A stretch of 64,000 nucleotides of DNA from an uncultured bacterium (GCA_964439935.1 CAYTPW010000003.1:114959-178958), one strand, 5' to 3'. Shown: positions 9,726-19,680, numbered from the stretch's first letter. Notes: generated by a model not told the origin, from the sequence alone. Numbers and translations are program-made.

Positions 9726-11042
9726 ATGAATAAAACTTATTATATCGAAACATATGGCTGTCAGATGAATGTGGCCGATAGCGAGTTGATTGCCAATCTG
9801 CTGCAGCAGGAGGGATTCCGGGAAACTGATGATATTCACAGCTCGGATGCGATTTTCGTCAATACCTGTTCGGTTCGAGAACATGCCGAAGATCGGGTTC
9901 ATTCCCGCCTGGGAACCTTCCGTAGCATCAAAGTGAAGAATCCGGGTGTGGTCATCGGTGTTTTAGGCTGTATGGCTCAGAGTCTGAAACATGACCTGCT
10001 GGAAAATAAATCCTATATTGATATCGTCCTGGGACCCGATTCTTATCGCCGTTTGCCGGAATTGCTGAACAGCCGGCAGGCGTCCACCAGTATTGTTGAT
10101 ACCAAACTGTCAAGATTCGAAGTTTATGACGGTCTATTTCCCAGCCGCCGGGAAGGTATCAATGCCTGGGTATCGATCATGCGTGGCTGTGATAAATTTT
10201 GTACTTTTTGTGTCGTTCCATTTACCCGGGGACGGGAACGGAGCCGTTCGGTGGACAGTGTTGTCACGGAAGTTCAGCAGGCGGTGGCTGATGGTTTCGT
10301 GGAAATAACGTTGTTGGGTCAGAATGTGAATTCCTACTCTCACAATGACAAAGGTTTTACACATCTGTTGACAGCCATAGCAGCCGTACCCGGTCTGAAG
10401 CGGATCAGGTATACTTCACCGCACCCCCAGGACATGACAGAAGATCTATTATACGTTATGGCGGATCACGAAAATATCTGTAATTCCATTCACCTGCCGC
10501 TCCAGGCCGGTGCCAATCGAATCCTGAAACGCATGAACCGAACCTACACCAGGGAGCATTTTATTGAACTGGTCGATCGGATTCGCACGATACTGCCGGA
10601 TGTGGGTCTTACAACCGATATCATAGTAGGCTTTCCCGGTGAAACCGATCAGGAATTTGGACAGACCCTTGAGCTCATGGAAGGCGTAAAATTCGATTCG
10701 GCATTCACATTTAAATATTCAGCTCGCAAAGGTACCAAAGCGGCTGAATACCAGGACCAGGTTAGTCCCCAAACCAGTCAGGATCGTTTGGAAATGTTAA
10801 TTAAATTACAGAAGCAGCATACTTTAGTCCGCAATCGTCGGGAAGTAGGTAAGATATCGACAGTACTGGTGGAGAAGGAGAGCAAGCGTTCGGCAGCTAT
10901 GTGGGCGGGTAGAACGGATGCCAATAAATGGGTAATTTTTAAAAAAGGTGGGGCCGGGATCAAAGATTTTGTTTCAGTGGAGATTACTGCCGCGCGCGGT
11001 GTAAGTTTGCATGGACATCTAATTGGAGAAAAGCGGAAATGA
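9726..11042 (+). CDS. miaB: tRNA-2-methylthio-N6-dimethylallyladenosine synthase MiaB
   Basis: UPF0004 N-domain (YIETYGCQMNVADSE), radical-SAM CDKFCTFC cluster, C-terminal TRAM domain. Confidence 0.9.
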   Translation: MNKTYYIETYGCQMNVADSELIANLLQQEGFRETDDIHSSDAIFVNTCSVREHAEDRVHSRLGTFRSIKVKNPGVVIGVLGCMAQSLKHDLLENKSYIDIVLGPDSYRRLPELLNSRQASTSIVDTKLSRFEVYDGLFPSRREGINAWVSIMRGCDKFCTFCVVPFTRGRERSRSVDSVVTEVQQAVADGFVEITLLGQNVNSYSHNDKGFTHLLTAIAAVPGLKRIRYTSPHPQDMTEDLLYVMADHENICNSIHLPLQAGANRILKRMNRTYTREHFIELVDRIRTILPDVGLTTDIIVGFPGETDQEFGQTLELMEGVKFDSAFTFKYSARKGTKAAEYQDQVSPQTSQDRLEMLIKLQKQHTLVRNRREVGKISTVLVEKESKRSAAMWAGRTDANKWVIFKKGGAGIKDFVSVEITAARGVSLHGHLIGEKRK

Positions 11043-11356
11043 AGCTTGTAAAAATATTTGTATTTCTGGCAGTAATTCTGTTGATGCTGGTGTTCCTGAT
11101 GCGTAATGCCAATCGGGTAGCGGTTGATTTGATCATGGTTCAGTACGATCAGGTGAGTCTGGCCGTTGTCATGATATTTACGGTTGCGATTGGTATCCTG
11201 ATCGGTTTTGCCGTTTCATTGTCGACCATCCTGTCCACTAAAAATGATAATCGTTCGATCCGCTTGAAAAACCGCCAGTTGACCGATGAGATCAATAATC
11301 TTAGAAATGTGGCCATTGAGGGTGAAATTTACGATTCGACCGACGAGGAAGAATAA
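11039..11356 (+). CDS. LapA-family (DUF1049) small inner-membrane protein
   Basis: 105 aa with two TM helices and a charged tail. Overlaps the miaB stop and immediately precedes a TM-anchored TPR protein, as in lapA-lapB pairs. Confidence 0.5.
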   Translation: MKLVKIFVFLAVILLMLVFLMRNANRVAVDLIMVQYDQVSLAVVMIFTVAIGILIGFAVSLSTILSTKNDNRSIRLKNRQLTDEINNLRNVAIEGEIYDSTDEEE

Positions 11357-11358
11357 TC

Positions 11359-12405
11359 TTGAATACCTTCATCCTGATATTATTGGCTGTATTGGCAGTG
11401 CTGATCGCAGGAGCCGCATTTTGGTTGCGCCCCAAAGCTAAACCCCAGACCCAGATGCTTTATACTGAAGCATTATCGGCCATCATTCGTGGTCAGACCG
11501 GAAAAGCTATTAATGCACTGCGAACCGTAGTCAGAAATGATTCCGGCCATGTCGAAGCCTATATGCATCTCGGTGATCTGTTGCGGGATAATAACCAGGC
11601 ACAGAAAGCACTGAAAATTCACCAATCGTTGACTGTCCGTCCCGATTTACCATCCAAATTCCGAATTGAGATCCATAAATCGCTGGTACTCGATTATGAA
11701 CGTCTCATGGATTATCCTCGCGCGTCCCGGGAAGCGGAGCAGATTTTGGGTATCGATCGTAAAAACCTGTGGGCTAACGAATTTCTATTAAAGAACGCTC
11801 GATTGAATGAGGATTGGGACCGGGCCTTGCAGCTGGTTAAAACTGCACAACGGATCAAAGGCCGGGTCGATGTCACTGAACTGGCGGAAATTAAAGTGAA
11901 GGAAGGGCATTACCAGTTTGCCCAGGGTAATCAAAGGGAGGCGATCGCCTGCTTCAACAAGGCTCAAAAGATCGCCCCGGAATATGGTGCCCCGCTGTTC
12001 GAATTGGGTGAATTATATTTCAAGCAGGGTGAATTGGAAAAGGCGATCAAGCACTGGGAAAAGTTTGCCCTGTGCTGCCCGGATGAAAGTGAAAAAGTAT
12101 ACTCAAAAATCGAGACGACACTTTTCGAACTGGGGCGTTTCAGTGAAGCGGAGAATTTTTACCGCCGGGTACTGAGTAAAGATGCTTCAAACTTGGATGC
12201 AATGGTCCGCCTGGCGAATGTGCTGGTGGAAAAAGGCGACGAGCGGGCCGCAATCAACCTGGTGGAAGAAACCCTGAATAAATCGGCCGGCTCTATTCCT
12301 GCCCGTTTGATGAAATTGAAATTATCACTGGCCAAAAAGAATCCTCCCCAGCTATCCCGGCAAATCGATAAACTTCTGGAATTGTTATCAACTCCTGACG
12401 ATTGA
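11359..12405 (+). CDS. TM-anchored TPR protein, LapB/YciM-like but lacking the C-terminal rubredoxin-type zinc finger
   Basis: N-terminal TM followed by TPR repeats throughout. TTG start. No Cys-rich C-terminus is visible. Confidence 0.5.
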   Translation: MNTFILILLAVLAVLIAGAAFWLRPKAKPQTQMLYTEALSAIIRGQTGKAINALRTVVRNDSGHVEAYMHLGDLLRDNNQAQKALKIHQSLTVRPDLPSKFRIEIHKSLVLDYERLMDYPRASREAEQILGIDRKNLWANEFLLKNARLNEDWDRALQLVKTAQRIKGRVDVTELAEIKVKEGHYQFAQGNQREAIACFNKAQKIAPEYGAPLFELGELYFKQGELEKAIKHWEKFALCCPDESEKVYSKIETTLFELGRFSEAENFYRRVLSKDASNLDAMVRLANVLVEKGDERAAINLVEETLNKSAGSIPARLMKLKLSLAKKNPPQLSRQIDKLLELLSTPDD

Positions 12406-13259
12406 TGAAAATCCGGCTGTTCCTTCCAGTTCTGCTTGGGTTTGCCTGCACCGTCGCCTTCGCCCAGGATTTACGCTTATATTTTTCGTTACTTCAGGAA
12501 GGGCGGGTAGCGGAAGTCCGGCGGTCTTTGCCGGATCTGTTGCGGCAGCATCCCAATAATCCCGGTGTCGCTTATCTCCACGCGGTAACGGTCACTGACG
12601 GTGATTCTTCCCTGCAACTGTATCAGGATATTATCCGGCGCTATCCGAAGAGTAGTTATGCCGCCGATGCGGCGATGAAAACCGGTGAATATCTCTATTC
12701 ACGGGGGCTCTATTCCCAGGCCAGCCGCCAGCTGCATTCAATACCTTTGAATTATCCCCAGTCCGCGCACATTCAGCGGGCGATGGATCTGATGGTCAAC
12801 AGCTATTTTGCAACCGGAGAGCTGGATAGTGCCGCTTATTACCTGGCCCGCTTCAAGCGGAAATTCCCCCGGCTGAATTATGAATACGGCATTCCCGGTC
12901 TGGAGGATGTGGCGATCCCGCCGCCGGAAGTCGAGCTGGTCAAGCTGGATCAGGATCAGGTGCAGCAGAAACTGCAGAACAGGCCGGCACCGAAGCAAAC
13001 GCCTCCAGTGTCAAAAACACCCCAACCATGGATCGTCCAAGTGGGAGCCTTCGGTAAAATTGAAAATGCCGAATCATTGCGATCGATGTTAGCCCAAAAT
13101 GGTTATTCGGTGGAAATCCATGAAGTTACTTCCAACAGCCGCCGCCTGCATGCCGTGCGGGTAACGCGTTATGCCACCCGGGAAGAGGCCAAGCGGATTG
13201 GGAGTGAACTGAACCGTAAATACGGGGTAAATTTCCTGGTCATGAATCGGCCGGAATAG
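12402..13259 (+). CDS. SPOR-domain (peptidoglycan-binding) protein with TPR-like N-region
   Basis: Signal peptide, proline-rich linker, and C-terminal SPOR-like block WIVQVGAFGKIENAESL...RVTRYATREEAKRIGSEL. Confidence 0.7.
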   Translation: MMKIRLFLPVLLGFACTVAFAQDLRLYFSLLQEGRVAEVRRSLPDLLRQHPNNPGVAYLHAVTVTDGDSSLQLYQDIIRRYPKSSYAADAAMKTGEYLYSRGLYSQASRQLHSIPLNYPQSAHIQRAMDLMVNSYFATGELDSAAYYLARFKRKFPRLNYEYGIPGLEDVAIPPPEVELVKLDQDQVQQKLQNRPAPKQTPPVSKTPQPWIVQVGAFGKIENAESLRSMLAQNGYSVEIHEVTSNSRRLHAVRVTRYATREEAKRIGSELNRKYGVNFLVMNRPE

Positions 13260-13296
13260 ATGGCTGATGGATGATGGATGATGGTTGATGGTTGAT
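13260..13296. repeat. Tandem heptamer repeat (ATGGNTG) x5
   Basis: Read directly from the sequence: atggctg atggatg atggatg atggttg atggttg at. Lies between the SPOR gene stop and tRNA-Sec. Confidence 0.8.
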
Positions 13297-13348
13297 TTGT
13301 CCTCTGCAGTTTGGGACTAGGAGGATGGAAGTTTTTTAAAACAAAACA

Positions 13349-13441
13349 TGGGAATGATTGCGCGGCTGGTGCCCGCCGCGGTCTTCAAAACCGTTGGGAC
13401 CTGCACACCAGGTCCGCTGGGTTCGATTCCCAGGCGTTCCC
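13349..13441 (+). tRNA. selC: tRNA-Sec (anticodon UCA)
   Basis: Manual fold. 8-position acceptor stem GGGAATGA/GCGTTCCC (7 pairs plus a terminal A.G). T arm CTGGG-TTCGATT-CCCAG. Anticodon arm GCGGT-CTTCAAA-ACCGT with anticodon TCA. 7-bp variable arm GGACCTG-CACAC-CAGGTCC. Discriminator G. CCA not encoded. About 93 nt. Confidence 0.85.
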
Positions 13442-13707
13442 GCTAAGTAAGTAACAAGCTAAAAGATAAAAGTCAAAAAGTTAATTAGCCTGTATTCCCT
13501 GAATCCCAATTTCCAATTCATCAGCAAAGATTCCCAGCCTGACCACCGTAGCCTTGGCGTAGGTGAGCGTTCCCGCTAGACTTAATATTCTATAAAACAG
13601 TAACTTAGTTTGTAATTGCCTGATTTTTCCAATTGTTGATTAGTGTTGCTTAGGATATTTATGTGAACTTTTGGTGTGCAATGCCGTCAAAAACGAATGC
13701 TAATTAG

Positions 13708-13735
13708 AAAAAAAAGGGCAGCCACCCGGCTGCCC
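13708..13735 (-). terminator. Rho-independent terminator of the S8 peptidase gene
   Basis: On the minus strand: GGGCAGCC-GGGT-GGCTGCCC hairpin followed by T8, about 25 nt downstream of the stop at 13758. Confidence 0.7.
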
Positions 13736-13757
13736 TGAGATATAGAGTCAGGTGTAA

Positions 13758-16700
13758 TTATTTCAACAATAGCATCTTCTTTGTTTGTATATAGTCACCT
13801 GCCTTGATCTGGTAGAAGTACATCCCACTGGCGACATTCGTGGCATCCCATCGTACTGATCTGTAGCCGGCATCCTGAGTTTCTGAAACCAGCGTTGTTA
13901 TTTCTCTACCCAGTAGATCGTAAATAGTGATCTGGACATTTGACCGTTGCGGCAGATCGTAATGGATTGTCGTGATCGGATTAAAGGGATTGGGAAAGTT
14001 TTGGGCAACATTGAATATTGCCGGCAATGATGTTATCTCTGGGCCACTGGACAAGATTAAGGTTGTATCGACCACTAGTGTAATATCATCAATAAACCAG
14101 CCCTGGTGAACATTGGCTGAATCCGACGTCATGCGAAAACGGATATAGATACCATCAGCGATGTATTCACTTACGTCCAGGGTAGTGAGTTCCATATTAC
14201 TGAAACCAGTAATAGAGAGCACAGTTGTCCAATCAATTCCATTGTCTGACAATTCAATATAGCCGAAATCTTCGTTGGTAAACAGCATTGGACCGCTATA
14301 GAATTGTAAATAGGCGCTGTTATAATCAGATAGATCATAAGGCTCTAACAGGGTTAGACTGTTATCGGCATTATTTGCATATTGACTGGTGGGAGAATCA
14401 TTCATGCCATAACCGTAGTTGGCATTAATAAATTGAATTCCCCAACCATCGCCTGTGTCCCAGCTACCAATCTCCTGGTTTTCCCAGGTTGTTAACATTG
14501 CAGTGTTTATTATGGTGAATGTTAGCGGTTGAGAATAATCCATATTTCCACCGGACACATCCATTGCCTCCACAAAATAGGATATTATTGTGTTACCAGG
14601 CATATTCTCATATACAAGATCACCCACCCAGCTGTCTCCATTAAAAGCCATTGGTGTGCGATGTAGAACTGTGGGATCAACGCTACTCGACCAGTTTAAA
14701 TGCACGCTATCCACACCGATATTATCGGACACAAAACTCACTACTTGCTCCGCCCCTGAACGATCTATTCGATTTTCAATGGAGCTGACGGACAACACAA
14801 CCGGTGGAATTGTATCCAATCCGGCATGGAACAAGAACACATTGGTTGGAGCACCTACTGGATTGGTCCATTCATAATAAGTTGTGGCAATTTCTATGTA
14901 ATATTCGATATTGCTTGAATTCATAGGAGCCGGTATCGTGGCGACGTACTGACCCAGACCGCTATCTGCCATGGCGACTTCTACAAAATCTGATAAACTA
15001 TCATTTTTGTAAAACAGATTCGCACTGCTCAGGTCATTAATATCCCCGGTAACGTTAATAGACACATCAAAAATGCTGGTTGTGTCCTCAGTATCAGTGA
15101 ACGCTTCATGCTCAATAAAATTCAGATAACTCAGGATGCGGTTTAATACAGTTCGCTGAATGTCGTTTATGTCAGTCGCTGGATTTGAAAACTCGTCGCT
15201 GCCAAATGTTTCCAGTCCAACTCCTGTGTAAACGAGTTTATAATCGCCTGAATATCTCAGGCCCATGGTTCGACCATTATTATATTCAAAGATTATAACG
15301 GCATCACTGTCGGGATAGAAAAAATCCGGGTATTGTTGGGCGGAGGTATATCCCGGTTGATAAAAATTGAAGCTCAGACCTTCACTAATGGGGTCTCCAT
15401 AAATCCCATTTACGTGCATCGAACCGGAATTGTCGCCACCCCAGGTTGCATGCATATAGTTTTCGAAGAAGGAAATATTTTCAGGCGTACCGGGGTTTTC
15501 GTTAAGATCCCAGCCCAAATCCTGTCCGGAAATGTAGAGATTTCCACCCAAGTCCAAATATTGCTCCAAAGATTCCCGATCAACTTCGTCCAGGGTTGGA
15601 AATGCCCATTCACACATCCAAACAACAATAGGGAAGGCCGACAAAAATTCAGCAGATGGCGATCCCTGGATGCTGTGATCCCAGACACCGTACCTGATCA
15701 CCTGCTCATCCCAGATTCCGGTGTAAAAATCTTCCATATTGGATCCGGCACCCCGATCATCATCCACCATTAGCACCGGTGTTTTACCAACCAGAAGCAG
15801 CAGGGGAGAATTACTATGTAATACTCCATCAACATAGACGTTCAGGTTCAATTCCGCCATCCCGGCTTCGGCATCGGAATGAATTTGAAAGCTTATTTCA
15901 TTTTCAATGATAACCTCAGCGTCGCTGGGGAAAGAGTACGTGCCAGACAGATTGTTCAGAATTGTAAGATCGGTATTTTGCGTAGTCAATTCTATCTGAA
16001 ATTCTGAGGCTGGACCCATGGCATAATTCCTCAATAGAGCGGATACATGAATAATCTCGTCCCGATCATAAATGCCATTTGAATTTCCTTGAATTGTATC
16101 GGTCGCCATAATGAATCTGGTTTCAATTCTGGGTGCGATCTCAACAAACTGGGTCGTATCGTAGGTTAAAGCATTCAATGCATTAATTCTACCGGTCCCC
16201 AATTGGCCTATATAGTTGGGGTTCTGGCTGTCAATATTGTCAGCAGTAGCCACCACTCGCAGCGACAATTCTGCATTCGATAAATTTGGATAAGCCGATT
16301 TCACCAGCGCCACTAAACCGGCCACTACCGGCGATGACATGGAAGTGCCTGATATAGAAAAATAATTGCCATTTGGATAGGTTGACAGGACGCCGGTTCC
16401 CGGTGCCGCAACATCGATTGATATCCCATAATTGCTGGATCCGTTGCGGATGTCCTGGGGGTCGGTATTTGCCACAGAAATCACCCCTCTATACCCCGAT
16501 GGACTATGGAAATCGGGTGAATTGTCATTTCCTGCGGCTGCCACTATAATTGATCCTAATCCCACTGCATAGTCGATGATATCCTGTGCGTACTGGGAAT
16601 TTCCTGAACCTCCCCAGCTGCAATTAATAATGTCGGCCCCCATTTCAGCCGCATAGACGATCCCTTCGTATCCAAAAATGACTGAACTTCCGGAATCATC

Positions 16701-17480
16701 ATATTTATTCTTTACCGGCAGGATTTCTACATTCCAGGCCACACCGGCCACACCAACAGCGTTATCCGTGACAGCATTTGCTAACCCGGCTACATGGGTT
16801 CCGTGCGAGTTCGAGGAAAGCCCATGATCTGGATCATTATCAGGTTGGGGACCAGTTGCAGTTGTTGGGCCGCCAAAATCCCAGCCCCTGATATCGTCCA
16901 TATATCCGTTGGCGTCGTCGTCAACGCCCTCAGTCCCATTAAACTCCACTAAATTTGTATAATAATTTGCCTCGAGATCAGGATGATCCATGTCGAATCC
17001 CCCATCGACCACGCCTATTACCACGTTGCTATCGCCATGTTGGATATCCCAGGCCGCAGCTGCCATTATTTTAGAAAGGTGCCACTGAGATGAAAAATCG
17101 GGATCGTTTGGTATTTCTTCCTCATAGTGTTTATAACGAGGTTCCGCATACAATACACTGGGGTTATGTTTGATGGCTTTAGCAACTGAAAGGGGCGATG
17201 AGCCATTTTCATATTTAAGCAAATAGATCCTGGAAATATCAGGTAGATCAGCGCGCTGGGGATTAGAATGGGGATAGAGGGGATTAATTTCTATATTACC
17301 AAACCGACTTAAGATATTGTCGAGCAGTGCGATATTTGTAGCCCGCGAGTCATTCGCTATATGCTGTGTTTCGGGCGCTAGCTTAACAATGATCTGATTT
17401 GGATAGTAATCCCCGCTGGTTGATTCGGCAGCGTTGGAAAAATGAATTGTTAATAAAATGCTCAGTGCAAGATATCTCAT
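13758..17480 (-). CDS. S8 subtilisin-family serine peptidase with large non-catalytic region and T9SS C-terminal sorting domain
   Basis: Catalytic triad motifs VVDGGFDMDHPDL, HGTHVAG, SGTSMSSPVVAG. Signal peptide. C-terminus NFPNPFNP...GMYFYQIKAGDYIQTKKMLLLK is a type A T9SS CTD. Confidence 0.85.
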   Translation of the reverse strand: MRYLALSILLTIHFSNAAESTSGDYYPNQIIVKLAPETQHIANDSRATNIALLDNILSRFGNIEINPLYPHSNPQRADLPDISRIYLLKYENGSSPLSVAKAIKHNPSVLYAEPRYKHYEEEIPNDPDFSSQWHLSKIMAAAAWDIQHGDSNVVIGVVDGGFDMDHPDLEANYYTNLVEFNGTEGVDDDANGYMDDIRGWDFGGPTTATGPQPDNDPDHGLSSNSHGTHVAGLANAVTDNAVGVAGVAWNVEILPVKNKYDDSGSSVIFGYEGIVYAAEMGADIINCSWGGSGNSQYAQDIIDYAVGLGSIIVAAAGNDNSPDFHSPSGYRGVISVANTDPQDIRNGSSNYGISIDVAAPGTGVLSTYPNGNYFSISGTSMSSPVVAGLVALVKSAYPNLSNAELSLRVVATADNIDSQNPNYIGQLGTGRINALNALTYDTTQFVEIAPRIETRFIMATDTIQGNSNGIYDRDEIIHVSALLRNYAMGPASEFQIELTTQNTDLTILNNLSGTYSFPSDAEVIIENEISFQIHSDAEAGMAELNLNVYVDGVLHSNSPLLLLVGKTPVLMVDDDRGAGSNMEDFYTGIWDEQVIRYGVWDHSIQGSPSAEFLSAFPIVVWMCEWAFPTLDEVDRESLEQYLDLGGNLYISGQDLGWDLNENPGTPENISFFENYMHATWGGDNSGSMHVNGIYGDPISEGLSFNFYQPGYTSAQQYPDFFYPDSDAVIIFEYNNGRTMGLRYSGDYKLVYTGVGLETFGSDEFSNPATDINDIQRTVLNRILSYLNFIEHEAFTDTEDTTSIFDVSINVTGDINDLSSANLFYKNDSLSDFVEVAMADSGLGQYVATIPAPMNSSNIEYYIEIATTYYEWTNPVGAPTNVFLFHAGLDTIPPVVLSVSSIENRIDRSGAEQVVSFVSDNIGVDSVHLNWSSSVDPTVLHRTPMAFNGDSWVGDLVYENMPGNTIISYFVEAMDVSGGNMDYSQPLTFTIINTAMLTTWENQEIGSWDTGDGWGIQFINANYGYGMNDSPTSQYANNADNSLTLLEPYDLSDYNSAYLQFYSGPMLFTNEDFGYIELSDNGIDWTTVLSITGFSNMELTTLDVSEYIADGIYIRFRMTSDSANVHQGWFIDDITLVVDTTLILSSGPEITSLPAIFNVAQNFPNPFNPITTIHYDLPQRSNVQITIYDLLGREITTLVSETQDAGYRSVRWDATNVASGMYFYQIKAGDYIQTKKMLLLK

Positions 17481-17863
17481 CAGGTTCTCATATTTTTTTA
17501 ATAATTGTCGTTTGAAATATTAAAATACATCAACAGGAGTATTTTATGATATGTTATTTTACTACCTAATTATTACTAAATACCATTCAATGATAAAATC
17601 TGTATTTCGATGCAATTGAAGCCGGCAAACTAACCAAGCTGATACCAGTAAAGTAAGCCTAAACTACCGGAATTTGGATAAGCACAAGTGGATTTAATTA
17701 CTCCCGACCTTGGAGTCAATTATCATTTTTACGATCAACAGAATCGATTATTTTTGCGAATAACATGGATTTATGATCACCTGAAAATTTAAGGAAACTA
17801 TCAGACCACCTATTGTATTAAAGGGTATTCAATTACTGAACATAATCTATTCAGAGGATAACA

Positions 17864-19150
17864 ATGAGCCGTACGGAAATAAAAAGCACAATCACATGTG
17901 ATATGGAAGGGCGGATTGAGACCTATAACAAGGGGGCGGAACAGATTTTTGGTTACCACGCAGACGAAGTCATTGGACAAATGCGCGTCTCGAATTTCTC
18001 TCCCGGTCTGGTAGTACTGGAACATGTACCGAAATGGTTAAAGACCGCCAGTGAAGAAGGGCAGTTTGAGGGTCAGACCGAATTTGTTCGCAAGGATGGC
18101 AGCACCTTTAACGCCGATATACGAATTACACCTACTTATCGGGATGGGAAACAGGTGGGATACTGCGGTGTGACCACACCCCTGTCATCATCCTCGGATA
18201 CCAATACCATGCCTGGCGTCAGTTTTAAAACCAAACTCTTTGCCTGGATGGTGATCATGCGCTTGCCATTTCTGACAGCCAGCATTATTCCGGTAATAAT
18301 TGGGGCAACCTGGGCAGCGGTCATGCTGTTGGAATCACCCTTCCCATGGATGCTATTCTTTTTAACAATATTTGGTGCAGCCGCCCTGCAAGTTGCTGCC
18401 AATACCTTCAACGATTATTTTGACTGGACCAGCGGCACGGATAAAATCAACAACGACTATTTCCTGCCCTTTTCCGGTGGAAGTCGTTCAATCGAGCTGG
18501 GTCTTATTTCCGAAAAAGGTATGTTAAAAGTTGGACTGTTTTCACTTGGTGTGGCTTTCGCGTTAGGTTTGACTGTGATGCTGTTGAGTAAACAGCCATT
18601 GCTTTTGGTGTTCGGATTGGTGGGAGCTATTTCGGGCTATTTCTATACTGCTCCACCATTACGGCTGGTGGCTCGCAAGGGATTGGGAGAATTATTAATT
18701 GGCTTGAATTTCGGTCCGTTGATGACCGCTGGCACAGTCCTCGCATTAACCGGACGTGTAACCTGGCTGGATTTTGCTATTGGCTTACCTGTGGGATTGC
18801 TGACAACGGCTATATTGTGGATCAATCAGTTCCCGGATGAGATTGCTGACCGTTTAAGCGGCAAGCACAATCTCGTTGTAGTCTTGGGTAAAGAACGTGC
18901 TCGCTGGGGTTATGTAATTCTGCTGGTCGCGGCCTTTGGTATCGGTATAGCTGGCTTACTATTTGGACTGTATCCAGTTGGCATGCTGGCGATGCTGGGA
19001 GCTTTACCGCTGGCAATATCAGCCAGCCGCATTCTCTTTAAACACTATGAAGACCGTGAACTTATCGCTGCTAATGCTAAAACGATCAATCTTCAATTGG
19101 TTGCAGGTTTGCTTATCGCCGTGGGAATCTTAATCAGTCCGTTGATATAA
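17864..19150 (+). CDS. PAS domain fused to a UbiA-family (MenA-like) polyprenyltransferase
   Basis: The N-terminal ~110 aa look like a PAS fold (ITCDMEGRIETYNKGAEQIFGYHADEVIG...FVRKDGSTFNADIRITP). The rest is polytopic with the NDYFDWTSGTD Asp-rich motif typical of MenA/UbiA enzymes. Confidence 0.75.
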   Translation: MSRTEIKSTITCDMEGRIETYNKGAEQIFGYHADEVIGQMRVSNFSPGLVVLEHVPKWLKTASEEGQFEGQTEFVRKDGSTFNADIRITPTYRDGKQVGYCGVTTPLSSSSDTNTMPGVSFKTKLFAWMVIMRLPFLTASIIPVIIGATWAAVMLLESPFPWMLFFLTIFGAAALQVAANTFNDYFDWTSGTDKINNDYFLPFSGGSRSIELGLISEKGMLKVGLFSLGVAFALGLTVMLLSKQPLLLVFGLVGAISGYFYTAPPLRLVARKGLGELLIGLNFGPLMTAGTVLALTGRVTWLDFAIGLPVGLLTTAILWINQFPDEIADRLSGKHNLVVVLGKERARWGYVILLVAAFGIGIAGLLFGLYPVGMLAMLGALPLAISASRILFKHYEDRELIAANAKTINLQLVAGLLIAVGILISPLI

Positions 19151-19245
19151 AAGCAGTGTTGTATTTAAAATTCCTGATTATCGATACAACTGTGTTTGAA
19201 AATCAGTGTTAATTATATTCCTTAATTAAACAGAGAGGTAACTCA

Positions 19246-19680
19246 ATGAATATATTACAATCAACTCCTACCGGTTACAGCACTGTCTGCCCTTACCTGG
19301 TCGTGTCCGATGTAAAGCAGCAGCTGGATTTTATCCGGACCATCTTTGCTGGGGATATCATCGAAGAGATGAAAGGCACCGATGGTGGTATAATGCATGG
19401 TGAGATCAGATTGGGAAATTCGGTAATCATGGTTGGTCGCGCCAGCGATACATCGCCAAAGCGCGAATTCATCAATTATATTTTCGTGGCTGATGTTGAT
19501 GCCACTTTTGAAAAAGCCAGGCAAAATCAAGCCGAGCTACTGGAAAAACCTCAGGACCAGTTTTACGGCCACCGCACGGCAGCGATTGCAGATGCTCAGG
19601 GTAATCAATGGTGGTTCGCCCAGGTTATTGAAGATCTGAGCACAGCAGAAATCGAGCAGCGTATGCGGGGAAAGGATTAG
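19246..19680 (+). CDS. VOC/glyoxalase-superfamily protein (PhnB-like)
   Basis: 144 aa with PYLVV...HGEIRLGNSVIM...DQFYGHRTAAIADAQGNQWWF pattern. Confidence 0.7.
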   Translation: MNILQSTPTGYSTVCPYLVVSDVKQQLDFIRTIFAGDIIEEMKGTDGGIMHGEIRLGNSVIMVGRASDTSPKREFINYIFVADVDATFEKARQNQAELLEKPQDQFYGHRTAAIADAQGNQWWFAQVIEDLSTAEIEQRMRGKD

